From contig JAYPJF010000001.1 of assembly GCA_038128225.1 (NCBI GenBank), positions 168,092 through 232,091 of the forward strand: a DNA stretch of 64,000 nucleotides, read 5' to 3'. A program made the translations under genes and the position numbers. Under the pieces are notes generated by a model. It saw nothing but the letters and a program-made list of their open reading frames with translations, made no database searches and had not been told where the DNA came from. Of this stretch, positions 9,384 through 19,094 are shown in pieces. The stretch's first letter is position 1; every line of letters starts with the position of its first letter. The DNA is from a bacterium. GTDB taxonomy: Bacteria > Patescibacteriota > Minisyncoccia > Phycocordibacterales > UBA2100.

Positions 9384-9459
9384 ATAGGTTTGCACATACT
9401 ACCAAAATACTCCCAAACACAAAGCCCCGCTTTAGCGGGGCTTTGTTCAGTCCACTTCT

Positions 9460-9603
9460 CTATTCATCACTTCCACCCATATCAACCGTCTCCTCATCGC
9501 TCTCTTCTTCCCCCGCCTGGTCACATGTACCACCGCACGCAGAGCACACATCATCATGAGTGCATTCTGATGCATCGCATGAACACTTTCGTTGTTCGTC
9601 CAT
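9460..9603 (-). CDS. Putative 47-aa cysteine-rich acidic micro-protein (MDEQRKCSCDASECTHDDVCSACGGTCDQAGEEESDEETVDMGGSDE)
   Basis: Six Cys arranged CxC-x4-C-x5-C-x2-C-x3-C. On the minus strand a terminator hairpin (aaagccccgc-taaa-gcggggcttt, plus 9421..9444) follows the stop immediately. Confidence 0.3.
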   Translation of the reverse strand: MDEQRKCSCDASECTHDDVCSACGGTCDQAGEEESDEETVDMGGSDE

Positions 9604-9619
9604 ATTTAAAAATTAACTA

Positions 9620-9757
9620 TTATTGTTCCTCTCCTACCTCTCCCTCTTCTGCAAGATTCCCCTCCTCTGGCTCGCCTTCTCCCTCGAGATCCTCACCCAC
9701 CTCAGGCTCACCCTCTCCTTCTGTATCCGCGAGCCCAAAAACCTCATCATCAACCAT
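9620..9757 (-). CDS. Possible 45-aa highly acidic peptide (MVDDEVFGLADTEGEGEPEVGEDLEGEGEPEEGNLAEEGEVGEEQ) upstream of the Cys-rich micro-ORF
   Basis: Intact ORF on the minus strand. Its strong purine bias may instead reflect an RNA element. Confidence 0.2.
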   Translation of the reverse strand: MVDDEVFGLADTEGEGEPEVGEDLEGEGEPEEGNLAEEGEVGEEQ

Positions 9758-9864
9758 ACTTCTCAAAAATAACTTTTAAAACAACGGCATTGTATGATGG
9801 CCGTTCAGGCCGTCAAGACTTGTATTGGGGATTGAAAGTGGTCTTGTGTGAGCGTATAGTCACC

Positions 9865-11046
9865 ATGATGGAGTTTCAAAAAATCGCGGTTGCGACACTT
9901 GTTGTGCTCTGTGGAGCTTTCTCTCTCGTTATGATCGTGTATTCAGCGCGAGAGCGAACGGCGGAGCGCGACACGCTTACCCACACAATACAGACAATCA
10001 ATCGAGCGGCTTCGCTTGTTTCGGTGGTTCCAGAAATGGCGGCATCGGAATCTGTGCCAAAAAATCCACAAAACCTTGAACTTGCAACGGCACCAAAAGC
10101 GATCTCGTCACATGTAGCCACTCCGTCGCAGAATAAAATCGAACCGCCGCCTCCAAACAAAAGTGATGAATTTCCGGTTGCACGAGTGCAGGAGCCGTAT
10201 CCCTATGCCACAAAATCATTCGAGCTTATCAACACCGAAACGCGCGCTGCGGTTGTAAACATATTCTGTACGACCGGCGGGATGAGCCTCTCTCCAATCA
10301 GCGCAAGTGGTGTCATGATCGATTCTCGCGGAATACTCATCACAAACGCCCATGTTGCTCAATACGTTCTCCTGGAACAAACGACCACCATACCCATATC
10401 ATGTCGTGGCCGAATCGGCTCCCCGGCGACTGACCATTACGCGCTTTCAATACTATACATTTCACCAGCGTGGGTTAAAGAACACGCGGGTGACCTCGTT
10501 ATATCCCGCCCTACAGGAACCGGCGAACACGACTGGGCGCTTCTTCTTGCAACGCCACTCGCCTCATCATCAATTCCTTATCTCAAACCTGACAGCCGCG
10601 AAGGAATTGCGTTTGAGGGGGACGACGTCCTCATCGCAGCCTATCCCGCGGGTTTCCTTGGAGGATTTATCACAAGTTCTGGGTTGTACGTATCATCAGC
10701 GGTAACTACCATCAAGCAACTCTTTACATTCACTGATCAGGGCGCAATCGATCTCGTCTCGCTTGGCGGGTCGGTGCTCGCACAAAGCGGCTCATCTGGC
10801 GGTGCGGTGGTAAACGCATGGGGCCGTCTGGTAGGACTTGTGGTTACTTCAAGTGACGCCGAAACTACAGCGGAGCGCGATTTGCGCGCAATAACATTTG
10901 CGCACATCGATAGAAGTATGCGCGAGCAATATGGCGCGAGCCTCGAAAAATTCCTCGATAGCGACGTGCGTGCCAAAGCTGATGAATTTCTAGAAAAAAA
11001 CGGCATTGAGCTCGCGGAAAAACTTACTGAGGTGCTGAAACGCTAG
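9865..11046 (+). CDS. Membrane-anchored trypsin-like serine protease (S1/DegP-like)
   Basis: N-terminal TM helix, His motif TNAHV and serine motif GSSGGAVVN. The track ORF begins at 9790. Confidence 0.7.
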   Translation: MMEFQKIAVATLVVLCGAFSLVMIVYSARERTAERDTLTHTIQTINRAASLVSVVPEMAASESVPKNPQNLELATAPKAISSHVATPSQNKIEPPPPNKSDEFPVARVQEPYPYATKSFELINTETRAAVVNIFCTTGGMSLSPISASGVMIDSRGILITNAHVAQYVLLEQTTTIPISCRGRIGSPATDHYALSILYISPAWVKEHAGDLVISRPTGTGEHDWALLLATPLASSSIPYLKPDSREGIAFEGDDVLIAAYPAGFLGGFITSSGLYVSSAVTTIKQLFTFTDQGAIDLVSLGGSVLAQSGSSGGAVVNAWGRLVGLVVTSSDAETTAERDLRAITFAHIDRSMREQYGASLEKFLDSDVRAKADEFLEKNGIELAEKLTEVLKR

Positions 11047-11921
11047 AGCCAGCGATTATGTGCGAACAGATAGGTCACCACAGAAACTACTGCGATGATA
11101 AGCGCGATGATTGCAAAAAAAGCCATCGGATGACCATCGATCGGTAACATAACGTTCATACCAAAAAGAGAGGCGATGATCGTTGGAATGGTAAGGAGGA
11201 TCGTAAGCGCAGTTAGCCGACGCACTACCTTATTGAGTCGCATCGATACTAATGTTGTGTGGGCGCTTCTAATATTTTGGATTGTTTTAAGCACATTTTT
11301 TCCATTTTCAATAAGTTGGTTATTTGCGAGCTGCACATCCTCGACAAAATCAAGGTCCTCCTCAAAAAACTGGATATGCTTCCCTGCGATGATCTGCTGT
11401 AAAGCAGCGTTTGTGGGCACCAGAGCGCTCACGAATTCGTTGATCGTGTACTCGAAACGCACCAACTCTTCGATCCCGCGTTCGGAAACCTCCTGGATGC
11501 GCGCTCGATTACGCTGAACATCACGCTGCATGGTTACGAACATGCGTGTATATTCGCGCTCAATTGCACGCAACACCTGAAGAAACAATTTTGTTTTTTG
11601 TGTAGTGAACACGTCGGCGTGTTCCATAAACTTTTCAAACCAGGCTGCCTTTTCTTGAAACACCGCAAGCACAAAATCTCCCCCGACTACGATAAGCACT
11701 GGTGAGGTCGTCACTTCCTGATCCGCATGCACCGGGTAACGAGTAAAAAAATAGGCGACCCCATTTTCGATTTCAAAACGGGGAGTTTCAAAAAAGTCGC
11801 GTGCATCAGAAATAACTCCTACATCGAGCTTGTGCTGATCAACAAGCGTTGTTTGTTCCGCATCCGAAAGTTGTACCGCTTCGACAAAGACCCCGGCACG
11901 TGGCGCCTCGAGAGTTTTCAT
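11043..11921 (-). CDS. corA: Magnesium/cobalt transporter CorA
   Basis: GMN motif (LFGMNVMLP) and two C-terminal TM helices. Confidence 0.8.
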   Translation of the reverse strand: MKTLEAPRAGVFVEAVQLSDAEQTTLVDQHKLDVGVISDARDFFETPRFEIENGVAYFFTRYPVHADQEVTTSPVLIVVGGDFVLAVFQEKAAWFEKFMEHADVFTTQKTKLFLQVLRAIEREYTRMFVTMQRDVQRNRARIQEVSERGIEELVRFEYTINEFVSALVPTNAALQQIIAGKHIQFFEEDLDFVEDVQLANNQLIENGKNVLKTIQNIRSAHTTLVSMRLNKVVRRLTALTILLTIPTIIASLFGMNVMLPIDGHPMAFFAIIALIIAVVSVVTYLFAHNRWL

Positions 11922-12009
11922 CTTTTCATCTCCGCGAGCCCTAAATCGATACGCGATCATGCGTCGAGCATACCATGACAGACGGATGCTGTGATATGCT
12001 TATGTACTA

Positions 12010-12906
12010 ATGCGCCACCTGGTACGCACCCAACAATTCGATCGAGACGCACTCACTGAACTTTTTGAGGTCGCCACCACTCTCGAGCATCATCGAGATG
12101 ACTCACTCAAAGGCAAAATCCTTGCTTCGTTATTCTTTGAACCGTCAACACGCACGCGCCTCTCCTTTGAAAGCGCAATGATGCGATTAGGTGGAAATGT
12201 TATTTCCATGGAAAATGCGAGTTTGTCATCATCGGCAACCAAAGGAGAAACAATCGAAGACATGGTTCGCATTGTTGATAATTATGCAGATCTCATTGTT
12301 ATGCGGCACCCTGAAGCCGGCGCCGCCGAACGCGCAGCGTCTGTTTCGGAAGTTCCGATAATCAATGCGGGAGACGGTACGGGCCAACACCCCACACAGG
12401 CGTTCCTTGATGTGTATACTATTCAACGAGAGTTAGGCGGAGTTGATGGCCGCACCATAGGTATCGTTGGTAATCTTAAATACTATCGCTCTGCTCGTTC
12501 GCTTGCGTACGTGCTCTCAAAATTTGACAACGTTACAATTATTTTTGTTTCTGCGCCGGAATTACGAATCAAAGATGACATTAGAGCGCATCTTACTGAA
12601 CACCAGGTCGCGTTCGAAGAAACGGAAGACCTGGCGCGTGTTATGCGAACCGCTGACGTGGTATATCAAACACGTATGCAAAAAGAGTGGCTGAGCGACG
12701 ATGAATTCGCTCGCCTTTCTAAGCAATTCATTATCACGCGAGACATGGTCAACACCATGAAAGATCCGGCAATTCTTATCCATCCCCTACCGCGCGCCGG
12801 AGAAATCACTCCCGAAGTTGACGATTCGCCACACGCTGTTTATTTCAAACAAGCTGAATACGGTGTATTAATTCGCATGGCACTACTTACGCAGCTTTTC
12901 AGCTAA
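12010..12906 (+). CDS. pyrB: Aspartate carbamoyltransferase catalytic subunit
   Basis: Motifs STRTRLSFE, HPTQ and HPLPR. The HPLP motif points to ATCase rather than OTCase, which has HCLP. Confidence 0.8.
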   Translation: MRHLVRTQQFDRDALTELFEVATTLEHHRDDSLKGKILASLFFEPSTRTRLSFESAMMRLGGNVISMENASLSSSATKGETIEDMVRIVDNYADLIVMRHPEAGAAERAASVSEVPIINAGDGTGQHPTQAFLDVYTIQRELGGVDGRTIGIVGNLKYYRSARSLAYVLSKFDNVTIIFVSAPELRIKDDIRAHLTEHQVAFEETEDLARVMRTADVVYQTRMQKEWLSDDEFARLSKQFIITRDMVNTMKDPAILIHPLPRAGEITPEVDDSPHAVYFKQAEYGVLIRMALLTQLFS

Positions 12907-14687
12907 GCGTGTAGCCCGATCTGGTGGTCGTACAAGCGTCTGTAGACCCCGTTGTCGCGCTGCAACAGCTCTTCATGCGTCCCCTGTTCTGCAATTGCCC
13001 CGCGCTCAAATACCACAATAGCGTTCGCTTTCCGGACTGTTGAAAGACGGTGTGCAATCACAATAGTAGTACGCCCTTTCATGAGGGTTTCGAGTGAAGC
13101 CGCAATTTCCGATTCTGTTTTTGCATCAAGGGCGGATGTTGGCTCATCGAGAACGAGAATTTTCGGGTCGCGCAAAATCGCGCGCGCGATTGCAATGCGC
13201 TGTTTTTGCCCAACAGACAATTTAACGCCTCGTTCCCCCACCATCTGACTGTACTGTCCAGGAAACGTTTCGATAAACGCGTGTGCTCGCGCCTGCACTG
13301 CCACCATTTTTACCTGCTCATCAGAAGCGTCTGGTTTTCCAAAACGAATATTGTTGATAATAGTGTCGTTAAATAAAACGGGTTCTTGAGGAACTACTGC
13401 GATTTGATCACGCAATACCCTGAGTGCAACTTCACTTGTACATGCCCCGCCGATCGAAACACTCCCGCGGGTCGGGTAGTAGTAGCCTCCAATGAGTTCA
13501 ATCACCGTAGTTTTTCCAACCCCAGACTCGCCAACAAGCGCGATTGTTTCTCCGGCTTGTATCGAAAAAGAGATGTCATTAAGTACGGTACGATCGGGCG
13601 CGTCCGGATATGCAAAAACCACATGATCAAACAGTATCGAGCCGTCCTGCGGTATTGCGCTTCCTGCATGCAATCGCTCCGGTTCAATTGCCAAAATACG
13701 TTGCACGTCATGAATGGTGGTGAGTCCGTTCTGCACCAAGTTCCAGTTTCGAGCAAGTTGTGCAATGGGTCCAAAAACTAAAGCGGTATAGCCATTAAGC
13801 GCTACCAACTCTCCGATACTCAACTGCTGTATAGAGACAAAGTAGACAGACCCGACAAAAACAGCTAATTGTGTAACCGTGGCTGAGAAACGCTGTGAAA
13901 ACTGGATGGTCGCCCATACCATTTCAATTTTTATCCATTCGGTATACGCACGCCCAATAAATGCGTTTGTTATGCGAGCAGCCACATACTCTTCGGCGCG
14001 CGCGTGCTTTACGGCCTGAATGTTCCCCAGCGCATCGTACGCGTCTCCATACGCCTCATTCCACGCCTGGTTCCCTGCCCGCTGCAGATTCGCAAGTGGC
14101 AAAGCCGTCTTGAATGAGATAAGTGCGTACACCACCATACCTGCAAATATAGCCCCGGCAAGCATAGGCTGAAGTACATATGCAAAACCCAGCCCAATAA
14201 ACATACTCAGAATTTGCGGCCCAACACCCAAGAGAACATGTTCGATCAATTCAGAGAGATACCCACTACCGCGACTAATACGGTTATTAACCTCGCCCGA
14301 GCGCCTGCTTTTATGAACGCTTATCGGCAAAAATAATAACGCATTAAACCAACGGGAAATGGAAAGTGTGTGTAGGTAGGATCCAAACCGCCTCGATTTG
14401 AGGCCAAGTTGCCAATCAACAAATGTCATTGTGCATACAACCAAAAACCAAAACCCAAGCGCCGTCATCCACGCTCGAGATGCCGGATTTTCGTTCAACA
14501 TTATCAATGAATCTATAAAACCGCCAACCAAGTACGGCACGGCCGCACCAACAGTTGCAGAAACAAGAGAGAGTAGGATAAGCACAACTGAGTCGCGACG
14601 GTGTTCCGCCATATATGAAAAAACAAGACCGATCGGCTTTTTAAAGTCACTCCACGTGAGTGGTTCCTGCTCCATACCAATACTCAT
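12903..14687 (-). CDS. ABC transporter, fused permease and ATPase (MsbA-like exporter)
   Basis: Six-TM N-domain, Walker A GESGVGKTT, signature LSVGQKQRIAIARA and Walker B ILVLDEPTSALD. Confidence 0.85.
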   Translation of the reverse strand: MSIGMEQEPLTWSDFKKPIGLVFSYMAEHRRDSVVLILLSLVSATVGAAVPYLVGGFIDSLIMLNENPASRAWMTALGFWFLVVCTMTFVDWQLGLKSRRFGSYLHTLSISRWFNALLFLPISVHKSRRSGEVNNRISRGSGYLSELIEHVLLGVGPQILSMFIGLGFAYVLQPMLAGAIFAGMVVYALISFKTALPLANLQRAGNQAWNEAYGDAYDALGNIQAVKHARAEEYVAARITNAFIGRAYTEWIKIEMVWATIQFSQRFSATVTQLAVFVGSVYFVSIQQLSIGELVALNGYTALVFGPIAQLARNWNLVQNGLTTIHDVQRILAIEPERLHAGSAIPQDGSILFDHVVFAYPDAPDRTVLNDISFSIQAGETIALVGESGVGKTTVIELIGGYYYPTRGSVSIGGACTSEVALRVLRDQIAVVPQEPVLFNDTIINNIRFGKPDASDEQVKMVAVQARAHAFIETFPGQYSQMVGERGVKLSVGQKQRIAIARAILRDPKILVLDEPTSALDAKTESEIAASLETLMKGRTTIVIAHRLSTVRKANAIVVFERGAIAEQGTHEELLQRDNGVYRRLYDHQIGLHA

Positions 14688-14688
14688 T

Positions 14689-14759
14689 TCGGGGCGCCGG
14701 GAATTGAACCCGGTCTACATGCTCCCAAAGCACGCGTACTACCGGTATACTACGCCCCG
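14689..14759 (-). tRNA. tRNA-Pro (anticodon TGG)
   Basis: Reverse complement reads CGGGGCGTAGTATACCGGTAGTACGCGTGCTTTGGGAGCATGTAGACCGGGTTCAATTCCCGGCGCCCCGA, with anticodon loop TTTGGGA. Confidence 0.75.
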
Positions 14760-14843
14760 AGAATCCGCATCATATCATTGATTATTCAAGATGGCCAAAT
14801 TATATAAGACATTTCTATGTCCTATATAGTGTCCTTTACGGGC

Positions 14844-15203
14844 TTATACATTTTCTATGTATTTTACCTGAGCTCGTTTTTCACGCTCGGACACGTAGAC
14901 TGCAATCACGTCAATTTGGGGATCTAGCACTATTTCACGTGAAAACATATAAAACTCGGCAACTTTTCTTATCTTTTCAAGTTTTCTGTCATCAACGAGT
15001 TCTTCTGGTCTATACTCGATAGTAAGTGACCTTTTTTCACGTGAAATGGTCTTCACCTCAACAAAGTGAATTTTTTCTCCTTTTTTGGCAATAACATCCA
15101 CTTCTCCAAACTTTTTTCTGTAGTTTCTCTCCAAAATCGTGAATCCTTTTGTCTGGAGGTACTTTTCGGCAATAGATTCACCAAGCATGCCGATCCTATT
15201 CAT
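14844..15203 (-). CDS. yraN: YraN-family (UPF0102) endonuclease
   Basis: Translation reads MNRIGMLGESIAEKYLQTKGFTILERNYRKKFGEVDVIA. Confidence 0.75.
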   Translation of the reverse strand: MNRIGMLGESIAEKYLQTKGFTILERNYRKKFGEVDVIAKKGEKIHFVEVKTISREKRSLTIEYRPEELVDDRKLEKIRKVAEFYMFSREIVLDPQIDVIAVYVSEREKRAQVKYIENV

Positions 15204-15482
15204 GATGTGAGTATAACATGGTTCACGTGAAAACACTTACTGTTACTTCGAAACATTTATGAGCAAAAAATGTCCTTTAATCCACATGTCCACAGGGTTT
15301 TCCACAGTTGGCCGATAATTGACCTACACGCTGTTTGTTTTGTACTGGTTTATTTTCATTGACTTTCCGTGCTTTTAAATGGTACATAGACTCCAGCGTT
15401 CTTCTAAAGATCTTTGTATTGCTCTTTATGTCCCGTTCTTTATTTTGGCCTTTATTTAGTCATTCGGGGTCGCTCTTGCCGT

Positions 15483-16508
15483 ATGCAATACAAAATTATC
15501 CTTCTGTTGTCTTTTTTTATACTTGCTGCAGCCACACTGCCGCTTTCCGCTCACGCGCAAACGGTCTCGGCACAGACCCAAAGTGCAATTTTGTGCCAAC
15601 CTATGCAAGTGGGTGAATTTAAGCCTTTTGTATACAATGGTATCTTAAATTCCTTTGAGTACACCGCGCAGCCGGGTGAGTACCCGGTGACACCTACGAT
15701 TTTTATTGGCAACGTAATCTTGAGTCCGCATTTCACCTCGGTTTGGACGAAAAATGGGAAGGTCATCTACCATGTCGACGTTCCAAGTTGGATTTCGACG
15801 GGGAACCCTGTTTCTGTAAAAATAACTCAGAACATCCCAGGATGCGCACGAGACTACATGTTCTCAGTTGGACTTCCTCGTCAGACGCAGGTTATTACAC
15901 CGCGCCCACAACCAGCCGTTCCCGCCATGCCCCCAGCACCAATTGACTTGCGATGCACAGAACGAGACGGAGTTCTTGATCTTGAGTGGAGCACTTCACA
16001 ATCCTCAGGTGATCATTTTGTTCTTAAACGCGGAGAAAAAGGCTCTGATCCTAAGACAATTATCCCTCAGCTTCCGCCAAATGTTCGTGGGTTCACAGAC
16101 CCTCTTGTAGAACCTGGCGTTCTGTACTCCTATCAAGTTGATTTAATGCGTGCCGGTGTCGTTTCAGGTTCTTCGAAACGCGTCGATTGTTCCACAAAGC
16201 TTGACCAATCTGAGGTACCCGCAACCACAACGTCTACTAGCAACGTTTGCACGTCACTTCCTCTCGGTATCTGGGTGGGGCTACTCATCATCCACATCGC
16301 GGTGCTGCTTGGCATCATTGGCCATCTCGAAGCCTTGCTTAAAGACGGGGGGAGTAGATTCATTATCGCGCTCTGTCTGCCGTTCTTTATTTTCTGCGGT
16401 TTATGGATCGCACTCGATACATGCCGTGCTTATCCGCTATTTCCCGCACTCGTCGCGTTTCTCACACTTCTCACACTCGTCACGCCAAATTTATTGAAAA
16501 ACAAGTAG
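15483..16508 (+). CDS. Hypothetical surface protein with a signal peptide, an Ig/FN3-like domain and a C-terminal multi-TM anchor
   Basis: N-terminus MQYKIILLLSFFILAAATLPLSAHA and hydrophobic C-terminal helices. The track ORF begins at 15414. Confidence 0.5.
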   Translation: MQYKIILLLSFFILAAATLPLSAHAQTVSAQTQSAILCQPMQVGEFKPFVYNGILNSFEYTAQPGEYPVTPTIFIGNVILSPHFTSVWTKNGKVIYHVDVPSWISTGNPVSVKITQNIPGCARDYMFSVGLPRQTQVITPRPQPAVPAMPPAPIDLRCTERDGVLDLEWSTSQSSGDHFVLKRGEKGSDPKTIIPQLPPNVRGFTDPLVEPGVLYSYQVDLMRAGVVSGSSKRVDCSTKLDQSEVPATTTSTSNVCTSLPLGIWVGLLIIHIAVLLGIIGHLEALLKDGGSRFIIALCLPFFIFCGLWIALDTCRAYPLFPALVAFLTLLTLVTPNLLKNK

Positions 16509-16578
16509 GATTTAGGCGATTACTGTTGTACAGAGCAGTATGATGCGCTATACTCCTGCCACGCTACTGTAGCGTGAG

Positions 16579-16649
16579 GCGGGTATAGTTTAGTGGTAGA
16601 ACGTCAGATTGCCATTCTGAGGACGGGAGTTCGATTCTCCCTACCCGCA
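16579..16649 (+). tRNA. tRNA-Gly (anticodon GCC)
   Basis: Sequence reads GCGGGTATAGTTTAGTGGTAGAACGTCAGATTGCCATTCTGAGGACGGGAGTTCGATTCTCCCTACCCGCA. Confidence 0.8.
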
Positions 16650-16659
16650 CTCTTTTTTG

Positions 16660-16731
16660 TGCTCCCGCCAGGATTCGAACCCGGAATAACGGTTCCGAAG
16701 ACCGTTGTGATATCCATTTCACCACGGGAGC
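16660..16731 (-). tRNA. tRNA-Arg (anticodon TCG)
   Basis: Reverse complement reads GCTCCCGTGGTGAAATGGATATCACAACGGTCTTCGGAACCGTTATTCCGGGTTCGAATCCTGGCGGGAGCA. Confidence 0.75.
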
Positions 16732-16763
16732 AACTCGTGCGCACATAGTACGCGCATACTACA

Positions 16764-18236
16764 ATGCATGCAATGAGATTTAATCTCCCACAGGAAGTGC
16801 TCGTGATCACAAACACGTTGGCGACACGTGGATACGAAACCTACCTTGTTGGTGGCTGTGTGCGCGATCTTATCTTGGGGCGTGAGCCGAAAGATTGGGA
16901 TTTAACCACAAATGCAGATCCTGAAAAAATCCAGTCAATTTTCCCTGACTCATTTTATGAAAACACCTTTGGGACCGTCGGGGTGAAAACAGGCTCGGAG
17001 GATACGCGCCTTGCAGTTGTCGAGATAACACCATTTCGAGAGGAAGGGAAGTATTCAAACGCGCGCCACCCAGATGAAATACGCTTTGCAGATACAATTG
17101 TTGAAGACCTCCGCCGCCGCGACTTTACCATTAACGCACTCGCATACGAACCCCATCGGGACGAGTTGGTAGACCTCCATGGAGGAATCGAGGATCTCGA
17201 GCGCAAGCTGCTTCGCACCGTGGGTGACCCGCGTGAGCGTTTTGCCGAGGACGCGCTTCGCATACTGCGCGCAATACGTATTAGCGCTGAGCTCGATCTC
17301 ACCATCGAAGCAGAGACTTTGGCGGGTATTGTACAAAACGCCACGCTTCTCAAACAGATTTCACGAGAACGCATCCGCGACGAATTTATCAAGATTGTCG
17401 AAACAAAAACTCCTATGCAGGCTCTGTTTATCGCACAAAAAACAGGTGTTTTGAGCCATATCGTGCCACACCTCGAAGAGGGGATCGGCATCAAACAAAA
17501 CCAGGCACATGCGTATGATGTGTTTGAGCATTCATTACGGACCTTACAGCATTCAGCGGACAAAGCGTGGGGGTTACCAGTCCGCCTTGCAGCGCTTCTT
17601 CATGATGTAGGGAAGCCGGCAACACGCCAATGGTCACAGGATAAAAATGATTGGACGTTTTATGGACATGAAGTAGTGGGGGCGCGAATCGCTAAAAAAA
17701 TACTTGACGATTTGCGATTTCCCAGAGAAATCACTGACGAGGTGTGTAACCTCATTCGATGGCACATGTTCTTTTCTGATCCAGACAAGATAACCTTGTC
17801 TGCAGTTCGTCGGACCATTGCTCGAGTTGGGCAAGAGCGTGTCTGGGATCTTCTCAACTTACGCGTGTGCGATCGTATTGGCACGGGTCGACCAAAAGAA
17901 CATCCTTTTAGACTCAGGAAATATGTGTCGATGGTCGAAGAGGTAATGCGGGATCCTGTTTCGGTTAGTATGCTCAAAGTGGATGGAAGGCACATTATGG
18001 GTTTACTCGCTGAGAAACCAGGGCCTCGTGTCGGGTGGATGCTTCACGCACTACTTGAAGACGTACTCGACGACCCTACAAAAAATGATCTCGCGTATCT
18101 TAATGCACGACTTCAACAACTAACACAGTTGCCCGATGAGGAGCTTAAAAATATCGGAGAGCAAGGTAAAAAACGCAGAGAAGAGGAGGATGAAAAGGCT
18201 ATACAATCACTGCGCAAGAAACACCATGTCGTGTAA
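16764..18236 (+). CDS. cca: CCA-adding tRNA nucleotidyltransferase with an HD domain
   Basis: GGCVRD nucleotidyltransferase motif and a C-terminal HD domain (LLHDVGK). Confidence 0.85.
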   Translation: MHAMRFNLPQEVLVITNTLATRGYETYLVGGCVRDLILGREPKDWDLTTNADPEKIQSIFPDSFYENTFGTVGVKTGSEDTRLAVVEITPFREEGKYSNARHPDEIRFADTIVEDLRRRDFTINALAYEPHRDELVDLHGGIEDLERKLLRTVGDPRERFAEDALRILRAIRISAELDLTIEAETLAGIVQNATLLKQISRERIRDEFIKIVETKTPMQALFIAQKTGVLSHIVPHLEEGIGIKQNQAHAYDVFEHSLRTLQHSADKAWGLPVRLAALLHDVGKPATRQWSQDKNDWTFYGHEVVGARIAKKILDDLRFPREITDEVCNLIRWHMFFSDPDKITLSAVRRTIARVGQERVWDLLNLRVCDRIGTGRPKEHPFRLRKYVSMVEEVMRDPVSVSMLKVDGRHIMGLLAEKPGPRVGWMLHALLEDVLDDPTKNDLAYLNARLQQLTQLPDEELKNIGEQGKKRREEEDEKAIQSLRKKHHVV

Positions 18237-18271
18237 AAAGATGCGCCGCCCAACGCATCCGTAGGCGGCGC

Positions 18272-18823
18272 TTATACAAGCTTCGCTAAAAAATTCCGCA
18301 CGAGAGCCCGCCCAAACATACTCGATAACTCTCCTATATGAGGAACAAGCGTCTCTCGCAATAGTAAAAGATCTCCTTTATGACATCGAGCACCCTCAGA
18401 TCCGCGCTCTCTTCCGAATATTGCGAGCTGAGAAAGCCTAAACCACCGGGCCATAACAATTTCCTTGTCCCGAGGCTTTAATAAGCCCGGATTTCTTCGG
18501 TACCTTTCGGCAGGGACAAGTCCAACACCAAAGCGGGTCCGTTCAAACTGGTTCTCGAATAGGCGAACACGCTCGGGGAACGGCAAGTTCGTCTCCTCTT
18601 CAAATTCTCTTCTGTAAGGAGATTCTCCACTTTTGCTTGCACCTCCAGGAACGCGCCATTGAGGTGTTCTTTTACCGCCTCCGTGGTCAAGTACCCATAG
18701 ACTTTCCGGTTGAGAATATGAAGAAAATGAGTACCCTCCGACATTTCTTTCTTGTGTTTCAAACCTAACCAGAAGAAATCGTTCAAGACCGAGCGTTGGT
18801 CGATTCAGCGCTTCGATACTCAT
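18272..18823 (-). CDS. Nudix-family hydrolase (divergent Nudix box)
   Basis: Motif WRVPGGASKSGESPYRREFEEETNL resembles GX5EX7REUXEEXGU with a shortened linker. Confidence 0.5.
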   Translation of the reverse strand: MSIEALNRPTLGLERFLLVRFETQERNVGGYSFSSYSQPESLWVLDHGGGKRTPQWRVPGGASKSGESPYRREFEEETNLPFPERVRLFENQFERTRFGVGLVPAERYRRNPGLLKPRDKEIVMARWFRLSQLAIFGRERGSEGARCHKGDLLLLRETLVPHIGELSSMFGRALVRNFLAKLV

Positions 18824-19094
18824 AACTAGTCTCCTTTCTGGAGAAAGAGTGGCACAAAAAATATAAAAAACAACCGCCTTTCGGCAGTGTTCCCCGAAAG
18901 GCGGCTTCAATCTTCTTGAAAACGGTACAAAAAATACCATTTATGACAATCAGCTCAATGAGCTTACTATTACATTGTGTGCGCTTTTTTGTACTCCGCA
19001 CGTGCCGTAGGCACGATGAAGATTGTTTAAAGAACCTCTGAAGTAAAGTGTACGCATCTATAGGACAGAGTAAAGGACACTTCTGTGGATAACT

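Noticed and set aside
9390-9779. 129-aa plus-strand ORF rich in S/P/H
   Set aside because: Low-complexity translation of a CT-rich strand. The opposite strand carries the terminator-bounded micro-ORFs.
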